Source: Squalus acanthias (taxonomy: Eukaryota). From it: DNA of 64,000 nucleotides. A program made the translations under genes and the position numbers. Under the pieces are notes generated by a model. That model did not search any database and was not told where the DNA came from. It saw only the letters and a list, made by a program, of their open reading frames with translations. This document shows, one piece after another, positions 53,121-64,000 of the stretch. How positions within the stretch are numbered: position 1 is the stretch's first letter; every line of letters begins with the position of its first letter. The stretch covers positions 32,674,001 to 32,738,000 of the forward strand of contig CM059442.1 in NCBI GenBank assembly GCA_030390025.1. Direction: 5' to 3'.

Positions 53121-53557
53121 ATTATAGTGAAATCTTTGCAAAGGACAGCCATTCCCAGGGGATATGAAATACTATGGAGATGCTGGCAGTCTTAAGGGCT
53201 AAAAAGATGGTAAACGTTGTGTAGGAAAAAAAATCACTAAAGTTAAAAGCAAATTCAGTAAATTAAATAATTTTGGATAACTGTAAGGAAAGAAGGTTGT
53301 TACATAATTGCCACAGCCAGCACTCGAGAGCTGTTTACAGAGCTGTTTACCTGCTTTGTCAGAACATTAGCATTTCTTCATGAAGAGTTCAGGTGGGTCT
53401 TCTTTTGTGTAGTGATAATCACCATGTTGTAAGGCTCATTCGTAGGCTTGAGCAGTTTTGATTTTCTTCATACACATGGCAGGAAGGGGAAAAGAATAAT
53501 GCCGTTGGATTGTATCACAGCAAATTACACACCAAAATTACCTCAGGTCACATTGTT

Positions 53558-54215
53558 GGCCCGTATTTTCCGATGCCTACGGGCGTGTACGAGCTGTAGG
53601 GAAGCACATGCGCTGAAAACCGGCATTTCCGATCTGTCAAGAATGCTCTGAAGGGCCTCTGCGGAGGGAGAGTTCCGCTTTCTGCAGAACCTCCGCCCGC
53701 TTAAAACACTTAAAAATCTTACGCCTGGTAAAAGCATAAGGCCTGCTTTTACCAGCATAAGAGTTTTAAAAAAGTAAAAAAAATGTTTTACTCATTTATA
53801 ATTTAAAAATACTTTAAAAAAGGTAAGTTCATTTTTAGCCCCGTAAAAAACTTTAATTATTTTTTTCAAAAAATTAAATTTTTGTTTAAAATTTTTAATT
53901 TAATGTAATTTTAACTCATTTTAAAAACGTGATTTAAAAAAAATGTATTTAATGTTTTGATGTGTTTTTGGGGTGATCTCCATTCATACTTTTGACAGGT
54001 CTATCAGTCAAAAGTATGAAGGGAGATTCCCTTCTCCTATTGGCTGACCTGGCCCACGTGATCCCAGGGATGCTTGCGAACTGCCTGCGCCCCTGGGATA
54101 CGTGGGCCCTGCGCATTTCGACTGTGGAGAGGCCCAGCATCGGAAGCCCTCGGGTAAGAGCGTAGATTTTTTTCCGATAGGAGGTATAGAAGCCTCCTAT
54201 CAGAAATTACAGGCT
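53558..54215 (+). mobile_element. Non-autonomous Harbinger-type element, family 1
   Basis: TIRs ggcccgtattttccgat / atcagaaattacaggct; TSD GTT. Confidence 0.85.
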
Positions 54216-54315
54216 GTTATGTAGCATTGTTCCTGTCCAATCCAGTTAGACCATCTTAAGCAGAAGATTTTCTCCTTTCCTATTGGTCAGTCTGAAATCT
54301 CTTTACTATAACTCA

Positions 54316-54735
54316 GCTGTGGCTCAGTCCGTAGCACACTTGACTCTGAGTCACAAGATTGTGGGTTCAAGCCCCACTCCAGGAACTTGAGCACAAAATC
54401 CAAGCTGACCCTTCAGTGCGGTATTGAGGGTACGCTGCACTGTTGAAGATACCGTCTTTCGGATGAGACATTAAACTGAGGCCTTGTCTGCCTTCTCAGG
54501 TGAATGTAAAAGACCCCATGGTACTATTTGAATAAGAGTAGGGGAGTTCTCCCCAGTGTCCTAACCAATATTTATCCCTCAACCAACATCACTAAAACTG
54601 ATTATTTGTCACTGCCGCGTTTCCCTATGTTACAACAGTGACTACACTTCAAAAAAAAAGGTACATCATTGGTTGTAAAGAGCTTTGCGACGTTCTGTGG
54701 TTGTGAAAGGCACGATATAAATTCAAGTTTGTTTT
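54316..54735 (+). mobile_element. SacSINE1/DeuSINE-like SINE with tRNA head
   Basis: gtggctcagtccgtagcac...gggttcaagcccc head, central core, L2-like tail. Confidence 0.8.
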
Positions 54736-55094
54736 TTATCAGCAGCTTTCGGGCTGCTGCCTTATGGTCATGCACCCTGTCTATAACGCTGCAGCTACAG
54801 GGCAGCATCAAGTGACTGTTCAACAATATTGTGAACAGGCAGTTGCAGTTACAGTCATATGGTCATTCCCCATTGACTATTTGTTTACTGGAGAAAAGCT
54901 AAGCTACTTGTATACATGCCAATACGCATGGACCCCTCTCACTGGCTTCTAACTGCCAGTTAAATTTTAGATGATAGAACCAATCGGATAATTGGCTCCT
55001 TTCAGTCATCAGAAATAGAAAAACATTGCCAATAGGTATCTTGAGGTTTCCTTAAATTTTAAAACTTAAAGTTACAAAAACAGTTACAACTTGT

Positions 55095-55630
55095 ATTTGC
55101 GTAGGCTTAGTGCGGACAGAATATGGGCATCTGAGTTTTTGATAAGTTGCAATTTGTGAAGGGACACAGATGGCAAGTGAAAAGGACATTGGAGAAATCA
55201 AGTTTAAAAATGACAGAACCATGGAGAAGAAACCAAGTAGGGGTAGAGGTGGGCAATGTTGCGTAGGAGGATATAAATGCTGTTGCTGATGGATATGATG
55301 TGGGATTTGAAGCTTGATCCTGAGTTGAATAGGTTGCCAAGATCTTGCACAGTCTGTTTCAGCTTGAGTCAGTGGCCAAGGAGGGTGATGGAGTCGGTGA
55401 CAACTGAGTGGAGTTTCTGGTGGGAGCCAAAAATGATGGCTTTGATGTTCAGCTGCAGGAAGGTTTGACTCGTCCATGACTTAATTTTGGACTGGAACTC
55501 TGACAGCAGAGAGATGATTGTGGGGTCGAGAGAAATGATAAAGTAATAGAACTGTATGTCATCAACATACATACTGTGGATGAGTCTCCAAGGAGCAATA
55601 TATAGAGGCTGAAGCCTAGATTAGATCCTT
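55095..55630 (-). mobile_element. Degraded L2 RT fragment
   Basis: Minus translation MYVDDIQFY...KSW..QTFLQLNIKAIIFG. Confidence 0.65.
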
Positions 55631-56551
55631 GTCCCTCTTCTGTACAGTTATAACTGCAGTTATACCTCACCCAGTGGGCATCACTAATGTCCCGAGTGCC
55701 ACACTGATTGATTGTACATCAGCAGAGTTATACCACTGGTCTTGTGTCAGGGCAATGTGAACCGCCACGAAATATTAAAACTAAATTGCCTTAAATCCTC
55801 TTAAGCTGTCAGTAGCAACTAACAATGAAATGCAATGGCCATACCAATGAACATTCAAAATTGTTAGAGAGGATGCATATGAGGGCGACTATGTCATATA
55901 GAAGCCCATAAATGAATTGGATATTATTAAATAGCCCGTTTATAGGGATAAATGCTAAAAGTAATACTCTATATTTTGTTTATATCAAACATTAAACTAA
56001 AATAGAAAATGCTGCAAATACTCAGTAGGTCAGTCAACATATGTGGAGAGTACAGGCAAATTAACACTTTGGGTGTTCATTAGAACTGAGCAAGATTATA
56101 GATGAACAACATTTTAAAAGGACCAGAACAAAGGCAAAGGAGAAGAAAAAAAGCACAAACTAAAATGACCAGCACAGTGCTTAAATGGAAAACAGGAGAT
56201 AGTTAAATGGCTGAAGTGATATTAATATGAGTCAATAGGACAAAGCATAATGAAAGAAATTAAAGACATTTAAGAGACACAGAGAATGTGTGAATAGCTG
56301 AGATCGTGGTCGGGGGGTGGGGGGAGCGGGGGTGGTAAGGCAGTTTGAAATGCAAACAAGAAAAGCTGACAAAATGGAACTGAATCCAGCAGCCTGCAAG
56401 AAGAAAAAAGTAGGCTGATGGCAAGAATGCAGACTGCCCCTTCATCAAGGTGTTTGAACAGGTCTCTTTCCCCACCCCCGTTAAAACTAAGACACACTCA
56501 TCACACGTGACTAGCATCTGCTGCCATAAGAAAATGGGAACTAAAGTTAAG

Positions 56552-57265
56552 GGGGTAAAAATTGATTTGCGCCCCTTTTGGGGTGCTAACTTCGCCGGGG
56601 CGCTACTATTAGCGCCCCGAAAAAATTAGCGCCCCCCCGCGGCTGAAATTCATCGGTAGCGCCCCAAGAGGGAAGCGGGGTGCTACTGGAAGCGCCCCAC
56701 CTCCATCTTGGGATGCTGCGAGTGAATATCGCGGCGCTATGTGCCACGGTACGGCAGGCCTTCCTCCCCTTCTTAAAGGGGAGGGCCTTGCGCAGCGCAA
56801 CCCGGGCTCCCAGCTGGGCCACCAGGGATCGGAGTGCCGGCAAAAGAGCCCGGCACTCGAGAAGTACCGGGCTCACGGAGCGCAGCCGGCACTCTGCGGG
56901 GGGGGGGGGGGGGCTGGTCAGGAGGCCGGGGACGGCAACGGGGGGCAGGTGCTGGCAGACGGCCAGCAACAAAAATGGTCGCCCAGCACCTCGCCTTTAA
57001 TTAGTGCCGCCCCGGCCGCAGGTAGGCCCTCCCTGACCCCGTCAGACATAGTGTCCGGCGGTAAGTCAGGGGGCGCTGCACACGGCGATGACGTCATTGC
57101 TGGCGGCACAGCACCACGGGGCGCTAACTGTTACCGTTGCCACTAACCTCCCACTGAATTTCGCGGGAGGCGTTGGCGGTGCCACGCCTGGGCGCTAGTT
57201 GCTTTGCGCCCCGTTAGCGCCTAAAGGCGCTAACGGGAGGCGCAAAGCAACCAAATTTTTAGGCC
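56552..57265. mobile_element. CpG-rich Harbinger-type MITE
   Basis: TIRs ggggtaaaaatt / aatttttaggcc; TSD AAG; many subterminal gcgcccc / ggggcgc motifs. Confidence 0.85.
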
Positions 57266-57933
57266 AAGGTGTTTAACAGAAAGAAAAGGTACTATTCCTC
57301 GAGCTTGCACTCAGGTTCACTGAAACAATATAGAAAGCCAAAAACTGAGAAGTCTGAGTGGGATGGGAAATTGAAGTGGCAAGCAGGGGAGTTCAAGGTC
57401 ACAGTTGCTCTGAAACAAAAACAGAGGGAGGAATTTTAACATCAAAGAGTGAGTGGGCTTGGGAGCTGGTGGGTAGTGAAATGCGCTAAAATTGACAGTG
57501 TGTCGGGAAGCAGGCTCCAACCCGCCAGCTTCCGCACTTCACCGGGAGAGGCAGGTTACCAATTGAAAGCAATTAAGAGGTAGTTAAGTGATAGCTAACA
57601 GGTCTTTTAACAGGCATTTCAACTTCCACTGTGGGTCCATGGGTTTCCCGGGCTTCCTGTACCTCGCCAGTGAAAGCAAGGCGAGAGCACCGTGACAATT
57701 GAAGTGGCTGAAAAAATGTCAGGTAAAAAATACCATAAGTACTGAGACCTTACATCTGTTTCCTTGCCTAAGTGAAAGGCCATTGCTCACAGCACTTGTT
57801 CTGTGAGGTTGCTTTCAGTACTTTGCAGATGATTCCTACAATTTTGAGGTAATTTCTACTACTTTGGAGGTCACTCTCACTACTTTGGAGGTTTGTGCGT
57901 CTGATCACCACTTTAAATCTGTCATGTATCAAA

Positions 57934-57990
57934 TCATGATGTGGAGATGCCGGCGTTGGACTGGGGTGGACAAAAATGAGAAGTCGCACA
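57934..57990 (-). mobile_element. 57-bp Penelope-like 3'-end fragment
   Basis: Reverse complement of about 31965-32021 (tgtgcgacttctc...catctccacatcatga), inserted at the Harbinger transposase start. Confidence 0.8.
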
Positions 57991-58430
57991 GCATGGGTGC
58001 CGCTTATGCTGTTTCACCCTGGACCTTAGATGAGGACCAAGATGAGCACCAGCACCAAGAGCACCAGCAGCGGCGCACATTGCTGCCCGAGGTGCCTGGG
58101 ATGGACTCATCGTGGCAAGATTTAGTTAGGTTGCACCACTGTACCCATCTGGCAGCCACATGCTGAACACACTTGACACCCCCCGCCCCCCCAGCACAAA
58201 GCAGACTTGCAATCAACAAAGCAGCCCTTTCACAGACACCTATTGCTCAGATTTAAGTCTTGTCTTACCATTCATCAAAACTGAGAAGGCCAGTTGCCAG
58301 GCTGCAGGCAAAAATGGGCAAGACTGGAATGTGGTGCAAATAAGTAATTTTATATGTGGATCAAAACTTATGCATTTACTTATCATTGTGACATGTCTAA
58401 CACACCCATGTGCCTACCCTTGTGCAACTA

Positions 58431-60190
58431 CTATTCTTTCATTTTCCTATAACTCCTACAACATGCAACCCCTGTTTTAGCAGAGGTAGGGGCAGATTGC
58501 TCAGATCCCTGCTCTGACTGCTCAGATGCTCTTGGCCAATGTCCTCTGGGTTTTGGAGCCCATGAGCGCCCCGCCAAAGACTGCTCCACCTGCATCTGTG
58601 CAGGGGAAGACTCAACCATCGGGACACAAGACATAATGTGGGGCACTGAAGATGCGGGGGGTGGGGGTTGGGCAGGCAACGAATGAGCAGATTCCCCACT
58701 TCGATGTCCCCTTTTGCCATCACCCCTCTCATGGCCCACCCACACTTCCCTGCTAGCAATGAGCTGGAGAGCACTTTGCTGCACATCAGTGGGGTGCTGA
58801 ACGGCCAAGGCTAGGTTTTGATCTATCCTAGTTAAGGTGGCATTCAGAGTGTGCAAGCCATTGGCGAGGGCAAGCATGCACTCGTTTGACTGCTGCGTTT
58901 GATGCTCCATGCAGGTGGCCACTCTTTCTATGGACGAGCACATCATAGTTAAGGCCTGCAACATCATGCTACTCATGCTTGAGATGGACTCCTCCATTCT
59001 CTCTGGAAGTGTGCACATCGCAGTTGGAAATCCTGCCAGAGCTCCTCACATTTTTTTGTTGACGGCCCCTGAGATTCAGCATCTGCGTCCAGCTGAGCAG
59101 AGCTTGGAGCGTCCTGCGCCCTCCGACAAGGACTCTCCACTGCTGTCCCTGACTCCATCATCTGCTCTTGCTCACGTGATCTGTGAGACACCAGGTGACA
59201 ACATAACTATCTGTCTTGATGGTCCCACCGACGTGCGTGTATCTGCACTGGTGCATGGTGTGATGTGTCCTGTGACGCTGCACCCTCAGAGTTAGCGACC
59301 TCCTCTGAGGAGTCGTCTTCCTCCTCTGGCTCCACCGCCTGTGGGACACTTGATGGGCCTGTGGGAGATTAAAGACATGAATCAAAACTATCATGGTAAG
59401 AATGTTTTAAGTTAAAATTATCCGCATGATCATATTTTACTGGCTGCCGACATCAAGTCAACATGAGTGACTGTTGTATGCCATGTGGCTGTGTGATATT
59501 TAATTCTGTCACCAGGTAGCTGGGAGGTCCCGATCTCTCCATCTCCCACCGCCAGGCATGCCCACACTCCACTTATTTCAAGTGCATCCTCCTCTGCAGC
59601 TGTGAGCGTGGCGATGACTGGAGGGCCACCTCCAGTTCACTGCCTCTTCCTGATGTTCTGTGCTTCTCCTGCAAGGAGGGAAACAAGAGACCTTTGAGTG
59701 AGAATCATGGAATGAGTGGAATGGATGGATGGATAACATCTGTTGAGGGTGACTATGAGGGAGAGGCGTGACATTGCTTTAAGATGAGGGTGAGTGTCAG
59801 TGGTGGATGGTCAGATGGGGCTATGAGGAAGTGCATAGACAGAGAGGGATGAATGCATCTGCAAGATATGTTGGTGTGAGGAGTGATGTGCAGGAGTAGG
59901 CTTGGGAAGGCAGAGTGAGGGGGTTGGGGGTGACATGCACATCAGGATGTAGCTGAACATGCAACTGTACTCACCTTTCCTGCCTTCATGAGGTCATTAA
60001 ATCGCTTCCTGCACTGTATCCAGGAACCAAGCAGCACACTCCTGCTGCTAACCTCCTCTGCTATCTTCAGTCATGCCTTCTTCATCACTGAGGCTGGCTT
60101 CTTCTCCCTGCAGGCCCTTGCACCTCACAGCATGAGGTCCAGGGAGGCACCACTAAACCAAGGGGCAGCTTCGGAACATTGAGACTTCAT
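58431..60190 (-). pseudogene. Harbinger Myb/SANT (NAIF1-like) DNA-binding gene, three exons, decayed
   Basis: Exon 1 ...KKA*LKIAEEVSSRS...WIQCRKRFNDLMKAGK|gtgagt (ends 59975); exon 2 59668 to ~59513 RKRQ*TGGGPP...LTAAEEDALEI; exon 3 includes ORF 58431-59018. Confidence 0.85.
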
Positions 60191-60604
60191 TGTATGCAGC
60201 TAGCTATCTTTCTCCCACCTCCACAATCCTTCAACTGTCACCTTTGCAGTGTTCCTTTAAATACCTCAGCTGAAATAGACCCATGGTGTGTCGTCATCAC
60301 GCCCGCTCGCGTTAATTGTTCGGGAAACCCGGAAGTCCGATGCAAATGCAGTGGCTGGGCTAAAAAGCCACTGATAGACACACTGCAGCTACTTCCGGGT
60401 TTCCCGCACGCTACTGGACACCACTGCTCCCAGCGCGTCACCAGGTAACTATTCTGGCCAGAAATTCTCCACAAATGCTGACTGACCTGAGTGTTTCCAG
60501 CGTTTTCTATTTTTGTTTCAGATTTCTGCTGTATTTTGCTCATTGTTAATATCAAATATTTAATTGGGCTTAAAGACTTGGTGCTTGTTGTTTCATATTG
60601 CACT

Positions 60605-60912
60605 ACTTGAAGGGAGTGCTGTGCTTTCAGACATTAAACCAAGGCCAGTTGCAGTGCACATAAAAGAACCAATGGTGATTTATGACAGAGTTCCCCTGCT
60701 GTCCTGGCCAATCTTTTCCTTCACCAACAGCACTAAAACAAATTAACTGGCCATTCTTTTATTGCATTTGTGGGATCTAGCTGCGTGCAAATTGGTTGCT
60801 GTATCTTCCCACAAAACAACAGTAACTACACTTCAGAAGTAATTAATTGGCTGTGAAGCTCTTTGGGACATCCTGAGGACATAAAACTTGCTATGTAAAT
60901 ACAAGTTCTCAT
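60605..60912 (+). mobile_element. Degraded SacSINE1-like SINE
   Basis: Core gacattaaaccaaggcc...tttgtgggatctagctgcgtgcaaattgg and L2-like tail. Confidence 0.65.
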
Positions 60913-61771
60913 TTTAGTTCACTAGCAATAGTTTCTGTCTAGTTTATGACTGGATTTGTTTTGAGAAATTCAGTAGAAATTAGATGATTGTCCAAAACTG
61001 GAGTAAGGTGACGGCTTCTTAATTTAATAAAGGATATCTGGCTAAGGTAAAATTGACGAGACCGTTGTGGTAACATTTTAAAATACAGACCGAACTTGTC
61101 CCAAAATTGGCTAATGCGCAGCAGAGCCGTACACTACGACATGAAGTCATTGATGCCTGGCACAGGATTAACATTTGATTTTAATCAGCTTGAGCACATG
61201 ATCAATTTTACGTGGTATGCCCGACACATTAGAATTAATTGCAGGCTCACCACTTGAACTTGAGTCGAAAACAAACTTGTTATTCATACACTGTGATTAT
61301 GGTATAATCGCTTCAGTTTGAGCAGGCTGCAATTGCATTATTTACAGCTGGGACCAACAACCAGTAATCGCTGGCTGCGGTCAAGCATAATGTTTGCTCT
61401 TCAGTGAATGTGCTGGTAATCTTTGCAGAATGCCCAGCTAAGTAATGATCTGGACATTGCCACAAGGCTGCAAACACTCCAGGGGTTCAGATTATATTGT
61501 AAAACATTTTACACAGTCATCTGATCCCCAAGAGTGTGTTACAACCGTAAAATTATTTCTCAGTATTGTTTATTCTTTTTATAGCTTTTGACCTTTTTGG
61601 AGCATTTGCCATTGTAGTTTCTAACTTCTATTATCACTACCACAATGGCTAAGTGTTGCTGTATTTTCATCATATGCATGCTACTCCTTGACAATGTAAC
61701 CAGGATAGTTTTGAAAACCTCAATCCGGCTTAAACTGGCAACAAAGTGACTCTGCAGCCTGAAAACATGGA

Positions 61772-64000
61772 GGGCAGGAAATTAGGATCGGGAGCGCCTA
61801 TTGTTTGGGTGCTACGGGTGACATTTGGGGACCAAAATGTTGTCCAATGCGCGCGCGTGCACACTTCTGTCGCAAATCGCGTCGGACGCTATATTGGTGA
61901 ATCTGCTGGAAGTATGCAGAACAGGCAGATCATGACGCTGATTTGACGCCAGCGCTGCCATTTTGGAGTTCAGTGCTCCAGCCTATGCCCTCTCTTAATT
62001 TTGCATGGCTGAACATGTGTTCAGCAGCAGGAAAGGCCCCCCCACCAGCGCTATTTAAAGGGATCATCAACTACTTGCAGGTTAGTTGCTGGTTGATTTC
62101 TTCTGGCTGTTGGTACGATTCTACAAGTGTTTGGTGCTTTCTATGTAATTCCATAGTTGTTTCAAGTTGCAAAGGTCAACAGGGAGTGGTGTGGAAGTGC
62201 TGAAGGACTTTTTCCTAACTTCAAGGCTTCTGCACAAACCAGTTGCTGCCAGACATGGGTGCATTAGTAGGCATTCCCTTGGACTACAGCATGACTGGGA
62301 GAATGAGCAGAGACCACGCTGAGCAGGCCAAGCTACTAGAAGAGGGAGGAGGAGAAGGGCTCTCAGCAGGAGGCCATATTTGCCACGGGTGTTCAGGGAG
62401 CAATTCTCCTACCTGAACCTCAGCGAGGAACAGTGTGTCAGACGTCTGCGCTTCAGCAAGGACGTCCTCACTGAAGTCTGCCACCTGCTGCAGCCACAAC
62501 TGCAACCTCAGAGCAGGTCGAGGACCACATTGCCAGTGGCTGAGTGGAATCCCTTTCGGTTCCGGTACATGGCAGAGTTGACATGCGGCGCCTACAAAGC
62601 GACGTGCGTGCAGTCAATGGAAGCCTGCAATCCCAGCAAAGCCGCGTGTTCTCTCTGCCTGCTTCTCTCTGGCAAGAGAGAATGAAATGTAGTTAGCTCC
62701 CTTTGAATAGAGAGCCTCAGTGACCTCCCTTACGGAACAGTGGATGGCAAACTGCAAGATGTTACAAATATCTCCAGCTCCAGCCTGGAAGGAGCCCGAC
62801 GCGTAAAAGTTCATGGCCACCGTCCGGCTGGTGTGCGACCAAAGGCAGCGAATCATGCAAGTCAATGCCCGGTAACCTGACAGCAGTCATGATGCCTTCA
62901 TTCTGCGGCATGCCGCTGTGCCATCTGCATTTAAGCCACCACGGCAAACCAAAGGGTGGCTACTGGGCGACAAGGACTATCCACTGACAATATGGCTCAT
63001 GACTCTGACGCGCAACCCACGCACACATGGGCAGCATGCATACAATGAAACCCATGCTGCCACATGAAATGTGATAGAACAGACCATTGGCGTGCTGAAA
63101 CCATGCTTCCGCTGCCTGGACCGCTCTGGAGGAGCCCTGCAGTACTCGGCAGAGTGGGTGTCAAGATTCGTAGTGGTCTGCTGCATGTTGTACAACCTCG
63201 CCATCATGAGGGCACAGCCCTTGCCACCAGCTATACGGTGATCAGCTGAGGAGCATGAGGTGGAGGAGGAAGAAGAAGAGAGGAGGCAACCGTGACAGCC
63301 CCTTTCTGGCCAGGCTGTACATGAAGAACTAATGCGAGTGCGATATCAGTAACCACAGCCCCATTTCCCCATTACCTTCCCTCTGTCACTGACTATCACA
63401 GCATCTGCTTGGCCACAATGCAAAAATAAAAGCCACTACAAAATAAACATTCCAAACCAAATTTAGAAATGAAATCATGCCATATTGTATACAAACGTAA
63501 ACTAATCACCCTTGTGCATTCCCTTAGTGCCTGTCCTAGTGCTCCTACGCAGTGGTACCCCAGTGGCTGCAGCATGGCTGGTGGAAGGCTGCTGACTTTC
63601 AGTGGAGGAGACTGCAGATGGCTTTCGAGGACGACCTCGACAACTCTGGGCTTAGAAGGCCCGGCTGCAGACTGCACCATCTCGACATGGGCGGCAGCAA
63701 TCTGGTCTGGGCACTGGCAAAGTGGCAGGGGTGGGAGCACAAATGCTGTCATCCTGAGAGACGAGAGCAGGTTTGTGCTCCAGGAAGCCACTGCCACTCC
63801 CTCGGGGCGACGCCTCAGCAATCCTACTAATCTGTTGGAGGACAGATTGCTGTGACACCCTGCAAGTCCCTTGGAACACTGTAATCCACATCCATGATGG
63901 CAGCAGTCTGAGCTTCCACTACAGCACTCAGATGTTGGGTGGCTGCTGCTTGTGCTGCAATGGAAGCTGAGACATCGGCCATCAGACGCTGCATCATGGT
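61772..64000 (+). mobile_element. Harbinger transposon, formerly autonomous, running off the window end
   Basis: Left TIR-like gggcaggaaatt; transposase on +, convergent partner-gene C-terminus on - (...GTKGMHKGD* ending near 63502). Confidence 0.85.
62255..63352 (+). pseudogene. Harbinger (HARBI1-like) DDE transposase pseudogene with internal inversion
   Basis: MGALVGIP...RVFREQFSYLNLSEEQCVRRLRF...; inverted block encodes NFYASGSFQ...IDCTHV..YRNRKGFHS; then LVCD, SSHDAFIL, LLGDKDYPL, NVIEQTIGVLK..FRCLD, CCMLYNL; several stops. Confidence 0.9.

Larger units (their letters stand above)
57426..60459. mobile_element. Harbinger transposon (3.0 kb) with deleted transposase and retained Myb pseudogene
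   Basis: Degenerate TIRs gggaggaattttaac / gtaactattctggcc; TSD AGA; transposase N-terminal stub from 57993 (MGAAYAV...DEDQDEHQHQEHQQR). Confidence 0.8.
55998..60542 (-). mobile_element. Old Penelope-like element with inverted ends, disrupted by two Harbinger insertions
   Basis: pLTR-like text at 55998-56090 with an inverted copy at 60466-60542; decayed GIY-YIG region on the minus strand at 57270-57410. Confidence 0.6.

Noticed and set aside
54316-54385. tRNA gene
   Set aside because: tRNA-derived SINE head continuing into SINE core and tail; no complete cloverleaf.
56586-57146. Overlapping GC-rich ORFs on both strands
   Set aside because: Stop-poor frames inside a TIR/TSD-bounded MITE.
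46291-64000. Terminal SNX29 exon
   Set aside because: No convincing acceptor with matching peptide found; probably beyond the window, although a divergent exon could have been missed.

Overview
Repeat-rich vertebrate intronic DNA, most likely from a cartilaginous fish (shark), judging by HE1/SacSINE-like SINEs and CR1, L2, Penelope and Harbinger content. The only host coding sequence found is two + strand exons of the SNX29 PX domain (23877-24017 and 46151-46290). The rest is intron filled with nested mobile elements: several CR1 LINEs (one near full-length, inserted in an antisense CR1), L2, CR1-Zenon-like and Vingi/Ingi LINEs, tRNA-derived SINEs, Penelope-like elements carrying minimal hammerhead ribozyme motifs, about 17 PIF/Harbinger-type elements (3-bp TSDs; decayed transposase and Myb genes in three), a Tigger-like MITE and a probable solo LTR. 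Most notable: (i) hammerhead motifs with covarying stems, including a 93-bp insertion that is essentially a ribozyme plus a polyA signal; (ii) two non-autonomous Harbinger families with positionally conserved, sequence-variable hairpins plus splice-site cassettes; (iii) an internal inversion in a Harbinger transposase; (iv) TSD mismatches concentrated at the middle base. All family assignments are by eye, without database searches.
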